From Geosiphon pyriformis uo1 (taxonomy: Eukaryota; Fungi; Glomeromycota): a stretch of DNA of 64,000 nucleotides. Positions within the stretch are counted from its first letter, which is position 1. Every line of letters starts with the position of its first letter. A program made the position numbers and the translations under genes. Of this stretch, positions 51,201 through 64,000 are shown piece after piece. The stretch lies in contig JAAOMT010000436.1 in assembly GCA_016748015.1 (NCBI GenBank), positions 1,879,511-1,943,510 on the forward strand. Direction: 5' to 3'. Under the pieces are notes generated by a model. That model worked only from the letters and a program-made list of their open reading frames with translations, was not told the origin of the DNA and ran no database searches.

Positions 51201-54200
51201 TTTGGTTTCTAGTGCCGACTTTGCTTCACTGTTGAAGACATGGAACAGGCTTGACCCTGTTGGTACAGCTTCAGTGAAGTCTCTTTTTCTTTCAGGTTCT
51301 AAATAGAATATGATTTGTTCTGCTCTGGCCAAAGTGAGGAAGTTGTACTGGTCTTCTAAGCTGCTGAAATCAAAGTGCACTGAAGAGTCTCACATCAAAA
51401 AGGCTGTTGTCTAGAGGATGGAGAGTTTTGAGTTAGACAAGAGTCATACCATCAGGAGTGTTTTGGAGCACCCCTTTTGGAAGGTGGTGCTGGATCATCT
51501 GGTCATGAGTGAGGAATTAGTCTTGAAACCCGATTTGATCAAATCTAAGGTGGATGAGATCATAGAGGGTTGGATTAGGAAGTGTGTGGTAATATCTGAT
51601 TTCTCTGATAATTGGGCTCACCAATTTCAACCTCTGGACTATGTCTTTAATGGTGCCTTTTCTGGCATGATGTGTGTGATTAGTTTTGATAAAATGTTTG
51701 ATGTTATTTCAGCTCTCTTTAATGGGAAGGCAGCTGGTCTTTCTGGTATTTCTAATGAGTTGTAAAAGCATTGTGACAGAGTGGTTTTGGACATGTTTTT
51801 GGTACTTTTGAATTCTTGCTTGAGTTGTGAATCTGTGCTTGGGCCTTGGAGAGAAGCTTGGGTCTTAATAATTCCTAAGCCTTATGAATGAGAAGATGTT
51901 CTCACGAATACCTGTCCTATTGCTTTAATTAAAACAGTCCACAAAATTCTCTCCAAAGTGCTTTCAGACAGAATTTCTTCAGCTTGCAGTGCATTCAATG
52001 TTCTTCAAGAAGACAATTTTTCTGTGTTAAAAAGTACGTCAACACAGTCACCCATTTTTGCCATTGATTCTATGATTGAGGATGCCTTAGAAAAGAATTG
52101 AAAATTGTGGCTAGTCCTGCAGAATATGCGCAAAGTATATGATTCTGTTAATTGGGAACATTTTAGAAGAAGTTTGGTCAGGATTAAAATGTGTGACAAG
52201 TTCATCAGATTTTTTGGTAGTATTTACCATGGTCGCAGTAATAGGGTGATAACTAATTTCGGCTTGACTGATGGTTACCAAGTTCATGATGATTTGAATC
52301 AGGAGAAAATTTTTTTGCCACTTCTTTGGCGTATATTTTACGATCCACTTTTGTGTGAGGTCAAGAGACAGGAGAGTATATGTGATTACAGATTGAACTC
52401 TTACTTTATTTCCAAAACTGGCCAGTTAGAGTCTCAAGCTAGGCTGATATCATTTCTGGCTGCTGGTGCTTTTGTCAATAACACGATTTGGATTGGCAGC
52501 AGCCAGGCTGCTACACAACACATTCTTGACATTGCTAATGATTTCTTTAGAATCAATGACATTTTGATTAACAATAAAAAGACTGTAGCCATTTTTGTTA
52601 ACTGTCAGGTTGTGAACCCTTGTTTGATTATTAGTGGTGCATCTATTTCCATCACCAAAAAAGAGAAATCTTACCATTATCTGGGTATTTTTTTGTCATC
52701 TGAAGGACTTTCTAGACCTAGTCTGGTTAAGGCTCAGTTAGATGTTTGGTTTTTTGTTAATCTTGTTCTGAAGAAGACAATTTCGGATAAACAGTTCACA
52801 TATTTGACATCTGCAGTCTTCTTTCCTATTATTAGTTACAGAACTCAGTTCAGCTTCATTCCTGTTAGTGTGTGTAATAAATGGGATGCTCTGATTCACA
52901 AAGACTTAAAGTCTAGGTTTGGGCTGCTGCTTGACTTTTTCAATGATGCACCACATCATTCATTTTTGTACAATTTAAAAACTTTTAAGCAAATTCAGCC
53001 TGAGAGTAAATTGGCTTCTGTTGTTGTCTTTGCAAACTCAGTTGGCATTTTAGGTCACTTGTTTTCTTACAGGTCTCATGATCTCCAGGCTCTCAGCTGG
53101 CATCCTCATTATCCTTTGTTGTTTCCAGTTTGTGTTGGTTTCAGCCCTTCAAATAACTTTTTGGCAAGTGTGGCTTGTATTTTTTCTGGGTGTAATTTAT
53201 CTTTGGGTGGCTCTCTAGCCAGTGCTTTTCGCCTTTGTGGTAGTACACCTATGTCTCTTGTTCTTGGTGAGCCCAATTTTGTCAGGTGTGTCTCTTTGCT
53301 CAGGCACTATGGAATCACTTTTGTGGAACAGCTTTGTGACAAGAATGGTGAGATTTTCAATTGAGTGACATTCAAACATTGGAAAAAACTGGACCCCCAT
53401 GGCCCAATTCCCTTCTGGTTTAACTTGTCTGTTTGTTTTCTTTGTGGTATTGCACCTTTTTCTGTGTGCTCATCTCTGGTGGATGTTTATGTCAGTTCTG
53501 ATATTTGTTAATCTCATGGTGCTGGTGTTATTTGTAAAGGTCTGTTGAACGTTGATGCTGTCTATCTTTCTGTGTATATGGATGGGTCCCTGGGTGGTTT
53601 GAGTACTGTCAACATGAAAACAAGAGCTGCTGTTTTTTTTGGAGACATTAGTTTAGGTTTGGGTGTTGACATGACTGGTCTGGTCTCTTTTACCTTGGCT
53701 GAATTACAGGCAATTGCTTTGGCTCTTGAGTGTGTTCCTTTATTTTGTTTGGTTGATTTGTTTTCTGATAGCCAAGTGGCTTTGGATGCATGTAGATCAA
53801 AGTCTTTGTTGTTTTGTCTGGACTTCAGGAATCGGTGTTGGATTGAGCATTACCACATTGTTGATGTCATTTGTTGAAAAAATTTGGATGTGAATTGAAT
53901 CAAAATCAAGAGTTATTCAGACGTGTTGGGCAATGAATGTGCTGATGCACTAGCTAAGAAGGCTGCTTTCTCTGCCTGGCACCTTCCCTATATGGTTGAT
54001 GAACATTTTTTAAAAGCTGGTGGTACTGCTGTTTCTGGCAACTCTAGACACTTTGTTTGTGATGTTTTCTGGTCTATCTATCATGCATAGTGGGAAATGG
54101 GTTTTGGTGCTCAAGCTGTAGATTATAGTCTGCATGCTAATATTGATTGGTCTAGATCTTCTTTGGTTTGACACCTGGATTCTCACTTGGCTGCTGGTTT

Positions 54201-54990
54201 CACCAGTGTACAGACTGCCGGCTTTCGAACATACTTTATGAAGGCTATCCATCGCAGACTCTCTGTAACTGTGTATAAATGGTTATATAACAGGTGTTAT
54301 CCTAGTGTGATATGTTTGTTCTGTGGTGATGTTGAAATCTCGGACCATACTTTTTTCTGTCCATTTAATGCAAGTGATTGTGTTTACTTATTGGAGTCTT
54401 ATGCTTCTGCTTGGAAATCACGTTCTGGTTTGTTTCAGTCGGCTTCATGTGTTTCACAATTGTTGTCTACTTGTGCCTCTGATGTTTTGGTTGTTTCAGC
54501 TCTATATAAAAGCTTTGTTTTCAAAAATTGGTATTGCGAATCTGCTTTGGTTTCTGAGGATGCTAAGGTTGCTGCTTCAAATATTGTGGAATTTGTGTGC
54601 AAATTTTGTCTAGCATTTAAAAATAACATTTGGCTAGTACGCGCCAAACACCAGGCTTTATGGAGAGAAATGGGCTGATTCCACATGATGGTTCTGTTCC
54701 TGTTTCAGTCTTTGGTTTATCTAATATATTGTCAACTAGAGTGGTTAGACTATTGGGTATTGCTAAGGTATTTGGTGTTGGTTTCAGGTTTTGTGAATTT
54801 TGCTTATTTTTTTCAGGTATTGGGGACATTGTCTCTGTTCATATAGGTGTCTAATGTTGTTCTGGTTAGTCTAAGTGGCTGGTCATGTGTAGAAAAATGC
54901 ATGATTTGCTCTTAGTTTAAATTATTTGTATGATGTATAGTACTAGATCGCATTTGAACTTTATTCATTAAATCTTAAAAAAAAAAAAAA
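48230..54990 (+). mobile_element. Full-length LINE C (distinct ORF1 subfamily), inactivated
   Basis: ORF1 about 48357-50170 and ORF2 50167-54854 (EN, RT, RNase H, Cys/His tail), shared tail, poly(A). Confidence 0.95.
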
Positions 54991-55171
54991 ATATTTGTTT
55001 AAATAATTAAAATTATATTTTAAAATAAAATTATTAATACAAAATAATAATAAAATATATAAATTTATTTTATATTATATATTTTTTTAAAAAAATTTTA
55101 TAATAAAAATAAACATGTTTTTCATATTTTAAAGTTAAATACAAAAATAATAAGTAATTTACTTATATAAA

Positions 55172-57610
55172 TTTTTTTTATTAATATTTTATAAGCAAAG
55201 ATCAATTATTATCTAGTATATAGAACCAAACTAAATATGACTCATGTATTTACTATATATGACTAGTCACTTAGACCAAACAAGACAATACTATATATCT
55301 ATATAAACACTAACAGTATTATCTAATTCAGAGAAAAAAGAACATGGTATATGCCTGCCAAAACTAACAATAAAAAATTCAACTATACTAAGTAAACAGA
55401 TTATTTTATCTAACAATTTTCTTATAAAATTACAAGACAATTCAAATACTATATCACTATTATTAACCAAACTGGTTTTTTTTATATTTATTCTATATTT
55501 AAATCTCACAAACCAAATCTTTAAATAATGCTCCTCTATTAAATATCTTATCAATTTGACCACTACTATAACAGTCTCTTTTTTTTTTTAAGTACTGCAA
55601 TAGTTTTTCTATACCAATTTTTTAACATAAAGTCTTTGCAAATTACAGTATACAATCTCATGTCTAATAAACACCAGAAAATAGTTTTCAGAATAGCAGA
55701 AAAAAAATTACAAACATCAACCAAAAAGATTCAGACAGTTGAAGCTTTTTCCAAAATTTTTTTATAAATTTTAGTATTATTAATACAAGTAAAAATATGA
55801 TCTGGCAATTCAATTTTACTACAAAATAAACACAAAACCTCAAGATATAATTTGTTATATAACTTTTTTCTAACTACTATTAACAGCTATTTATATATAA
55901 CTTTTATTAAATAAGTATACAAATTGGTTAATCTTTTGCTAATAAATTCAGACAGCATATATAAATCAAAATGCCAAGTTTGTATAATAGACATTTAGTT
56001 CATATCTTTAATTAAGATGCAAAAAACCATATTATTATTAGAATTGGTTTTTCAATGAGCATAATTAATAGATCTATAAATATTACAGATAAAATAAAAA
56101 ATATTGCTGAATACAGCTGTGTTTTTAGCTATTACATAATATTTATTTACATCAATAAGTAAAAAAAAGAGAGAAACAGTAGTTACTTTTGTTATTAAGT
56201 TAGCTTTAATATTGTCTAAAACACTTAAATAACTCTTAATCTTTATCTATTCAATTAAAAAGTTCTTATCTCTTATTAAATTATTAATATGTTTTCTTTC
56301 TAATTAGCACTAATTGCAAAAATCAAATACAACAATTCCAGTTTCAGAAACACAAGCATCAATAGCAGTTTAACTGTCCAAATACACAATAATTATACAG
56401 AAAAAAAAATACTTTCTAAGAACAAAGTGACAATCTGTAATTCAGTCATTGTAGAAGACAAAATTCTATAAACAGTAGCACCAATATTCAAATTTACAGC
56501 TAGAAAATACATAACAGTCCCACAAACAATTTTGGCTGAATCTATATTTCTCAAAGATTTATTTGTATATATATTAATAGTTCTTAACCAAATCTTAAAC
56601 AAATTTTCATGCACTTTTAAAAACTTACTAGAATCCAAAATATTCATGTCAAATAAACTATTAGCCCCAACAGAACTTGTCTTTAGAACACTTTTATTAT
56701 TTAAAAATTTTGAAGTTAGAACAAACTAGTAAAACACAAAACTTTTGAGATCTAAATTTTTCTAATGCTAAAAAGTCTTCCAATCTATTATATTATCTTT
56801 TTTGTCTAGTAATCTGTTTCCAAATACAACACCAAATTTTTTTAAAGAACACACTAACTTGTAATACAAAAATTCTCCCAGAATATCTAACATTAAAAAC
56901 TTTTTAGAACTGCAGAATACACTAAGTAAATTGTTTATTATAGACAACTTAATAAGCAAAAAATTTTTTATTACTCCAGCCAGAAAATTGTTTACTAAAC
57001 TAATATGTAACTTAATAAAAAATTGCAAAAGATCTAAAAGAGCTCACTTTAAAATCTGCAAATTCAAAATTTGTATTTAAACAGATATCCAAAAATGCTA
57101 AGAGTATTAGAAAAAGCAACCACTAAAACTAACTTTTTTTTAGTCTAAATTTGCTCAAAAAGCTTCAAACCATAAAAAAATAAATAATACAAAGTCTTAT
57201 TGAAAAAGTTTCTTGGTAAATTGGCTTTTAATTTAAGTTTTTTTTTGATTATAGTATTTTACTTATAATACATACCAGATAAAATAAAATTAAACTGTGA
57301 CCAATAACTAATTATAAGTTGTAGAACTGTTAACACTAAATAAAAGAACTGTTTATCTATAATAGTCTTTTTCGGCATTATATTAAAAAAAAATTTGACA
57401 TTAAAATGAGTCTTGAACAGGCTAAACTTGGAAAGATCTTTAGTTAATAAAAAAATTCTTAAATATTTATGTGGTTTATCATTTTTGGCAATTGAAATTA
57501 ACAAATTATTGATTTAAAAAACAGCATTCTTGATTCTATAATTAATGAAAATAGCTACAGTCTTATTATTTTTGATTGTGATATTGTTAATTAGATAAAA
57601 TTTACTGGTA
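55172..57610 (-). mobile_element. Eroded 5'-truncated LINE G
   Basis: RNase H remnant IYTNKSL/TELQIV, tail at 55172-55290, TSD ACTTATATAAA (55161-55171 and 57611-57621). Confidence 0.85.
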
Positions 57611-58506
57611 ACTTATATAAAATTATATTTATTAATAAATTATATTTTAAATAATTACAAAAAAGTATTTTTTAAATTTATAAAAAACAATAATAAGTTT
57701 TTAAAGTTCAAAAAATAATTTAATATAGAATAAAAACTTATATATTTACAAAGTAAGATTTACAAAAAAATGCTTAAATTTTTTATTTTTATTTTTTATT
57801 TTGCTGTTTAAAAATTAAAAATATTAAAAACTTTTTAAATAATATATAGTATTATTTTATTAATATTTAATTATTAAAACTAAAAAGCCAAAATTTATGT
57901 TGTTATTTAAAATAAAATATATACATTTAAAATTTGTAATTAATATAATAATATAATAAAATAAAATAATATTTTTTTAAATATTATATAAAAAACAATG
58001 TTTTATTTATTATGTTTATTATTAATTAATATTAATCTAATTTAAACTGTTTGTTAAGATTATATTAATTTGGTTTATTTTAAAAATAATTTATTTTAAA
58101 AATATAAGCTTTATTTTAGAATTTATTTATAAATAAAACCAAATTTTTATTAATTCTTTTGAAAATTTTATAAAGACAAAGTAAATTAATAATCGTAATT
58201 TTTGTTCAAAATAATAAACAAATATTAAAATTCAATTTTGATGTTAATATTTTTAATTAAAATTGTTTTTGACAATATAATGACTTCAACTTTTTTATTA
58301 CAGTGGTTTTCAAAACTAACTTTGCAAACATAACAATTTTTAATAATGATTTTCGGGTTTTGTAACCCGATAATTAAATTAAGTTGAGAAATTTTCCTAG
58401 TCAAAACATCACAAAAAAGTTTGTAATCATGAACTGAAGCTATATATTCCAAATTATCAGTAAAATTTTGATAAATCAAACTATCAACATATTCATTTCA
58501 GTCGAT

Positions 58507-60809
58507 TCAGTCTTTGCTCGAACCTCCTTTCTTTGATTTCTTTTTATCGGTTGACTTTTCTTTCTTCGATGACTTTTGCTCATCTTTTTTCCCTTCTTTC
58601 GAAGTTTTAGCCTGTTTTTCTTTCTTTTCCTTTTTGCCCTCCTTTACTTTTTCCTCCTTTACTTTTTCCTCCTTTACTTTTTCCTCCTTTACTTTTTCCT
58701 CCTTTACTTTTTCCTCCTTTGCTTTTCCCTCCTTTGCTTTTCCCTCCTTTACTTTTTCCTCCTTAACTTTTTCTTCCTTTACTTTTTCTTCCTTTAACTG
58801 TTTCACCTTTTTGGACTCCTTTTTCTCTTCTTTAATGGCCTTCGACTTTTTTGATAGAGTTTCTTTGGATTCTTCAGCCTTTTCTTTACCTTTGCTTTTT
58901 GTTTCTAATTCTTCATCTTGTTTTCGCTTCTTTTGAGAAGGTTTTGCTTCAGATGAAGAAGTTGTATCGCTTCCGCTTTCACTTTCACTTTCATCTTCTT
59001 TAGATTCAATCTCTTTAGCCTTACGTTTCTGTCCTCCACTTGATGACGGAAGGGCCTGGTCTGATTCAATTTTAGTGGTCTCAATGGCCTCAATAGGTTT
59101 ACTTTCTTTAGCTTCATCGACCTCCATATTTGTTACATCAGCAGATGTATTATAAGATGCAGTTCCCCTAAAATAATTTGTAAAGATTAAGGATTGATGA
59201 TAAATTAATAAAGTGAAATGTTTAATCAAATAAGACCTACTTTTGGAATTCAAATTTTTCCGTTTTCTTTTGACTCTTTGGACCGGTATTGCCAAAACGG
59301 CCCTCCAAATGCCGTATTCTTGATTCTATTTTTGAGCGGTAAGCACGACCAACCTCCGCGGTTATATCCTTTTCTTCACCCAAAGCATCAATGCGTGCAG
59401 CCAAACTGGCTTTTCCTGCAAGCACTCTAGCGATCTATCGATGTATTTGTATATTTTTGAGATGTGTTAAAACTAATCTTTTAAAAGAGATCGTGCATAC
59501 CTTGCCCTTATTTTTCGCTCCAGCTTGACCCACTAGGCTAGCATGGTAGATGAGACCATATTTTGGGGTATTATGCTTTGTTTTTAATGCTCGGAAAAGA
59601 GCCTTCTCGGCTCCCAATATCTGAACAGTGCTTGCGGGTTGTTTGGAAAGACTAATCAGACTACCAGCACGAGCAATTAATCGGGCACCAACTAAATCCC
59701 CAACCAAGGTTGACAAGTTTGGTGCAATTGCTGACATACGATTTTGTAAATACTGATATAATTCCGTTCTATATTCAGACAAGCTAATAACTTGATCACA
59801 GGCAAATGTTATGTTCAAAATATCATCTTCAGCAATCTCGGTTCCCATGGATATCTCGGCGGCTTCCTTCAAGTCCTTTTCGATATCAGAGGGAAGAATT
59901 TCGGAGAGATCGGTATTTTGGGAATTTGAACGAACGCCTAGGACAATGACAAATTAACGTTTTGATTTCTTTGGAAAGATTTATAGTTTAAAATAAGTAA
60001 CTTACCCAGCTTTTTGATCACTTTAGCAAATGTAAGGTTGTCGTTAACAATTCTTCCCATTTCAGGAAAGTGCCAGCCATACCATTCTTTGACTCTCATG
60101 GAATATGTGTTTAACTCTTTATCGAGATCATCCAGTAACCCGATGGCTTGAATAATCATCGTGTCAACCTTATCTGTTGAAAATTTAAGCTTATACCGAG
60201 ATAAGGAGTGGGATAGTCCCAAAGCCATGGAAGAGATGTTACGCGAGTCAACATCTGATATAAGTGCTGAAAGCTGTTGACGAATCCCACGATACAGGTC
60301 AAGTACTGTTGAATCTGAGATGACTTTAATTCCTAACTTCTTGCTTATTTCAGCCCCTAGTTCCAAGAGGATATTTAGAAGGACCCAGTTTTATTAAATA
60401 AATTTGAAAATAATAAAATGAAAAATATTCAAAGGAATACCCACCCAATTTTTGATCGGCAACAGCTAACTGGTCACCTTTCAAAGAGGTGCTATCAATG
60501 GACTCCTTAAGAAATCTTTTCAAATCTTTAGAAAGTTTTCCTTCTAAAAGAGCAGTAACTGAAGAAACAGCATCACTCATATTTTCAAATTTCTGAAAGG
60601 CTTTTAGTTTTACCCTTCAAAGCAATCGCTAACTGTTAGCGCAAAGAAAAAATTTTTGGATTTCTCAGATAGCATAGAAAAACTTACGCCTCGTTGGCAC
60701 TTTCTGGTGTGTCGAAGTCTTGCCATAGCTTTTCAGGGTTTGCTAGTTTTCCGTCGTCAAGTAACTTGAATAAGGCATACCCCGCAGCAGTTTCAAAAAG
60801 AACCAGCAT
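58507..60809 (-). CDS. NOP58: Nucleolar protein 58 (box C/D snoRNP core), 644 aa; exons 60809-60688, 60614-60445, 60356-60006, 59937-59501, 59434-59241, 59167-58507
   Basis: [15 protein letters not shown] start, [74 protein letters not shown] and a K/E-rich tail. Five GT-AG introns (66-88 nt) give 1935 nt in frame. Confidence 0.95.
58637..58795 (-). repeat. 15-bp coding minisatellite encoding [10 protein letters not shown], about 11 units
   Basis: Tandem ACTTTTTCCTCCTTT on the plus strand. Confidence 0.9.
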
Positions 60810-60857
60810 CTTCAACCAAGTTTAGGATTTCGCCTCGAAGTAAAGGTTTTTGATGAC

Positions 60858-60878
60858 AAAATTTTTCTGATCACATGA
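60858..60878 (-). promoter_or_regulatory. RRPE-like motif (GAAAAATTTT) and adjacent TCACATGA E-box-like site upstream of NOP58
   Basis: About 50-70 nt upstream of the ATG. RRPE is typical of fungal ribosome-biogenesis promoters. Confidence 0.45.
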
Positions 60879-61199
60879 ACAGACAAATTTACATTGTTTC
60901 TATTTTAAAAAGTTAAATTATAGATCTGGCTATTTTTTTATAATAGATGACTAATCATTTTGGTTTAAATCAATAAATATTCATTTATTTTTAAGCCAAA
61001 GACATTTACTGTTTTAATCTTATTAAAGTATTTGGCATAAGTTTGTTTATTCTTAATTAGTTTGTGTAATTATTCTTTAATTGTATTTTTATTAAATTTA
61101 ATCTTATTTTTTATCATAAAATACATATATATATATTTTTATGAATAATAATAATTGATTTATAATTTTTAAAATTATTTATATTGAATAAATAATTTT

Positions 61200-62350
61200 T
61201 TTTTGTTTTTAAACTAGTTAGAATCTTTAAATACAATAATAATTTTAAAAGCAAAACAAGTTATATTTTTGTATATGTTTTTAACAATTTATTAAATTAA
61301 TCAAATAAAAATTAAATTTATTTTTTATTTTTTATTTTCTGATAATATTGTTTTTAATAGTGTTTAAAAAAATAATTAATTACTAAAAATTTTTTAAGTA
61401 AATAATTTGTATTTTTTTTGCTATTTATAATATCTTTTTTATTATTATTTTTAATAATATTAAAACTGTTTTAAATGTTTTTGATAAAGTTATTTTTGTT
61501 AAATTAAAATTTATTGGTTTGTAATAATATGTTATTATTTATTTTAAAAACTTATTTACAGTTAATATTGTTTTTATTACTAATTATACTAATAAAAAAC
61601 AGTATTAAAATTTTTTTTGGTTAATTAAAAAGAGATTATTGTTTTTTATAATACTTTTAAAGCCAAATTAATTAATTTTTTTTTATATTATATAGTTTTT
61701 AAAATCAACAAATTGGGTTTTTAAATTTGTAATTGTATTTATTATTTATTATTTTTTTAATTTTTTTAAATAACTAAGATTTACAATTATTATTTTTGGT
61801 TTTTATAAAACTTAAATATTATATTTAATAAAAAAATTTTTATTATTAGTGTTGTTTTAAATATTAAAGTTTAAATTATTTGATTATTAATTACAAAGTG
61901 GTTTTATTTTTTTTTTAAGCTTTTATTTAAGTTTGTAATTGGTTTTAAAATTTTTAAATCTTATTTTATTAATATTAAATCTTATATTAAGACTTTTACT
62001 TTATTAATTTTTTTTGTTATTACTTTTTTGGTTATTTTTATTATTGTTATTATTGTTGGTATTTTAGATTTTTTGATTAATTAAAAGTTGGCTTTTCTAA
62101 ATTTAAATTAGTTATATTAATTTTATTAATCAAATCTATTATTAAACTTATTAATTTTTTAATTGTTTTAGTTATTAAATTAATTAATACTTTTTTTTAA
62201 GAATTAAGTTTAATAATAAAATTTTTATAATTAACAAAAATATTGATTTTTTTGATTATATAATTGATAATTTATGCAAAAAAATAAAAAATTTTAAAAT
62301 AAAAATTTAATTAAATTTTTTGTTAAAAAATAATATATTTAATATAAAAT
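61200..62350 (+). mobile_element. AT-eroded relic of the ORF1-only element
   Basis: Colinear with 3400-4600 and 46900-47650. Confidence 0.55.
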
Positions 62351-62559
62351 TAAACTTTTTTATAAATAATAAAACTTTTAATAAATAAAAGTTTTAAACT
62401 TTTAAAATTAAATCTAATATAAATAATACTATTTTATAATTAAATAATTTATTTATTTTAATAATAATTTAATTATAATTTTACATAAAATGTTTTTTTT
62501 ATAAATTTATAATTTAATTTGGTTAACTTGAATAATTAATTATATATAAAAAACATATA

Positions 62560-64000
62560 AATTATAATTAATTATTAAATTATATTTATTTTGGTTTTTT
62601 ATTGTGTTTTAACAAAGTATGTCTAAATATTATCTAATATAATATATCAAACTAAATAATTTAAATTAAAAGTAAATTATGTATTTTTTAAATATAATTA
62701 ATTATTTAAGTTAGTTAAAGCATTAACTAAATTAAATAAAAAAAACTAAGAGTAAATTTTATTTATTAAGTTTTTTGAATTAAAAATAAAATTACTAAAA
62801 AACAATCTAGTTTTTTTAATATTACTTTTAATTTTAAAATCATATATTTATTACAAAGTAATTATATAATTATATGTTTTTTTACTTAAAAAATATGCTT
62901 TAATAATATTTAAATTCTCAATATTTATGTTATTAAATTCGACTTTAACTTTAAGATAAGCAAAGTTTTAAATATATTAACTAAAAAAAAGCAAATTTTT
63001 TGAAAGTATTAACCATAATAAGCAAATTTTTTTTAACTTTGTGATTTTTGTGCATATTTTTAGACACAAAAAAAGCAATTAAAACAATCAAAAAACCAAT
63101 AAATTCAACAATAAACTTTATCAAAGCAGTTAAACCCAAAATTTAAGATTTTAAAAAATTTAATTTAAACTTAATAACATAATCAACAACAAAAGCAGCC
63201 AAAAAAACAGCAAAAAAAACCCAAAAAAGCAGAAATCATAACATAAAATTTGTTATTAACAAAAAAAGAAGTAAAAAACTTAAAGCCAACAACAAATTTA
63301 AAAGACAATTTAAAAAAATAGATAAAAACACTTTGTAATCAGCAAACAAATAGTCCAAATTTAACACTTATAATAATAATAATATCTAAAAGTTTTTCAC
63401 TAAATATAATATTCATGCAAAGAACTAGTTTTTGTTATAACAAGGTTTAATATTTTATTAAACTTAATAATAAAAATCAGAAAAATGGAAAATAAAACAA
63501 ATATAATTATTAATTTAAGAAATTATATCATTGATTTTAAAAACAGTATAACTAAAAAAAAATTGACCAATTTAATATTAAAAAAATTGCTTAAAGTAAT
63601 AATTTTTTTTAATTGAAAAAAATAAAAATCCGAATATTGTCTTTTTTAATCAGCACAAACTAGTTAGCAAGAGCAGCAGCAGAAAAAAAGTTCTTAAAAA
63701 TTACAACAACATATTATTACAAGCCAGCAGATTTTAATTTAGCAAAGATAATAACACCAAAAATACCAAAAATATTTTTAATTTTATTAAAAAATATACT
63801 AAAAAGAATATTACAAAGTATAACAAATATGAAAAAAAAGAACCAAAAGCTATTACAAAAGATTTTGCAATTTTAAGTGTAATTAAAAAAAACTATTAAT
63901 AATAATAATAATAATAATAATCAAGAAAGTTTTAAAAATAAAATTCACACAAAATAACTTTAATATTGTTTTTAAATACTAATTTAAGTCCAACAAAATT
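62560..64000 (-). mobile_element. Eroded ORF1-only element, continuing past the window end
   Basis: Colinear with 26870-28190; for example 63650-63780 corresponds to WQYVVVYFK...WSILVGKDS. Confidence 0.7.

Noticed and set aside
10846-54854. Alternative genetic code or stop readthrough as the cause of in-frame stops
   Set aside because: Stops replace W, Q and R at different positions in each copy, and NOP58 reads cleanly in the standard code. This is transition decay.
59168-60687. Intronic box C/D snoRNAs in NOP58
   Set aside because: Introns are 66-88 nt and lack a sense-strand box C plus box D pair. The TGATGA..CTGA at 60851-60870 is antisense and too short.

Overview
AT-rich eukaryotic DNA made almost entirely of nested, decaying transposons, with one intact host gene. 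The gene is a 6-exon NOP58 (minus strand, 58507-60809). Its short GT-AG introns and the transposon repertoire suggest an early-diverging fungus, possibly Glomeromycotina; this is inference only. Transposon content: (1) seven copies of an APE-RT-RNase H LINE group, four near full length and three 5'-truncated, all sharing a structured 3' tail; (2) a complete 9.8-kb Ty3/Gypsy element (28433-38251, TSD CTGG) carrying a Cys-rich insert, a dUTPase, an integrase in a separate frame and a third ORF; (3) two isolated LTRs, a pogo remnant and a hAT-like MITE; (4) a 2.3-kb ORF1-only retroelement with its own TSD and poly(A) that carries the LINE 3' tail, present as one readable copy (split by the Gypsy) and about five AT-eroded relics. 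The strongest candidate for an undescribed system is this LINE plus ORF1-only partner pair. Next is a caATGA stop-start overlap at the LINE ORF1/ORF2 junctions and apparently at the Gypsy pol/integrase junction. Transposon copies show graded C>T/G>A erosion that spares NOP58. All alignments and translations were done by eye; boundaries of relics are approximate.
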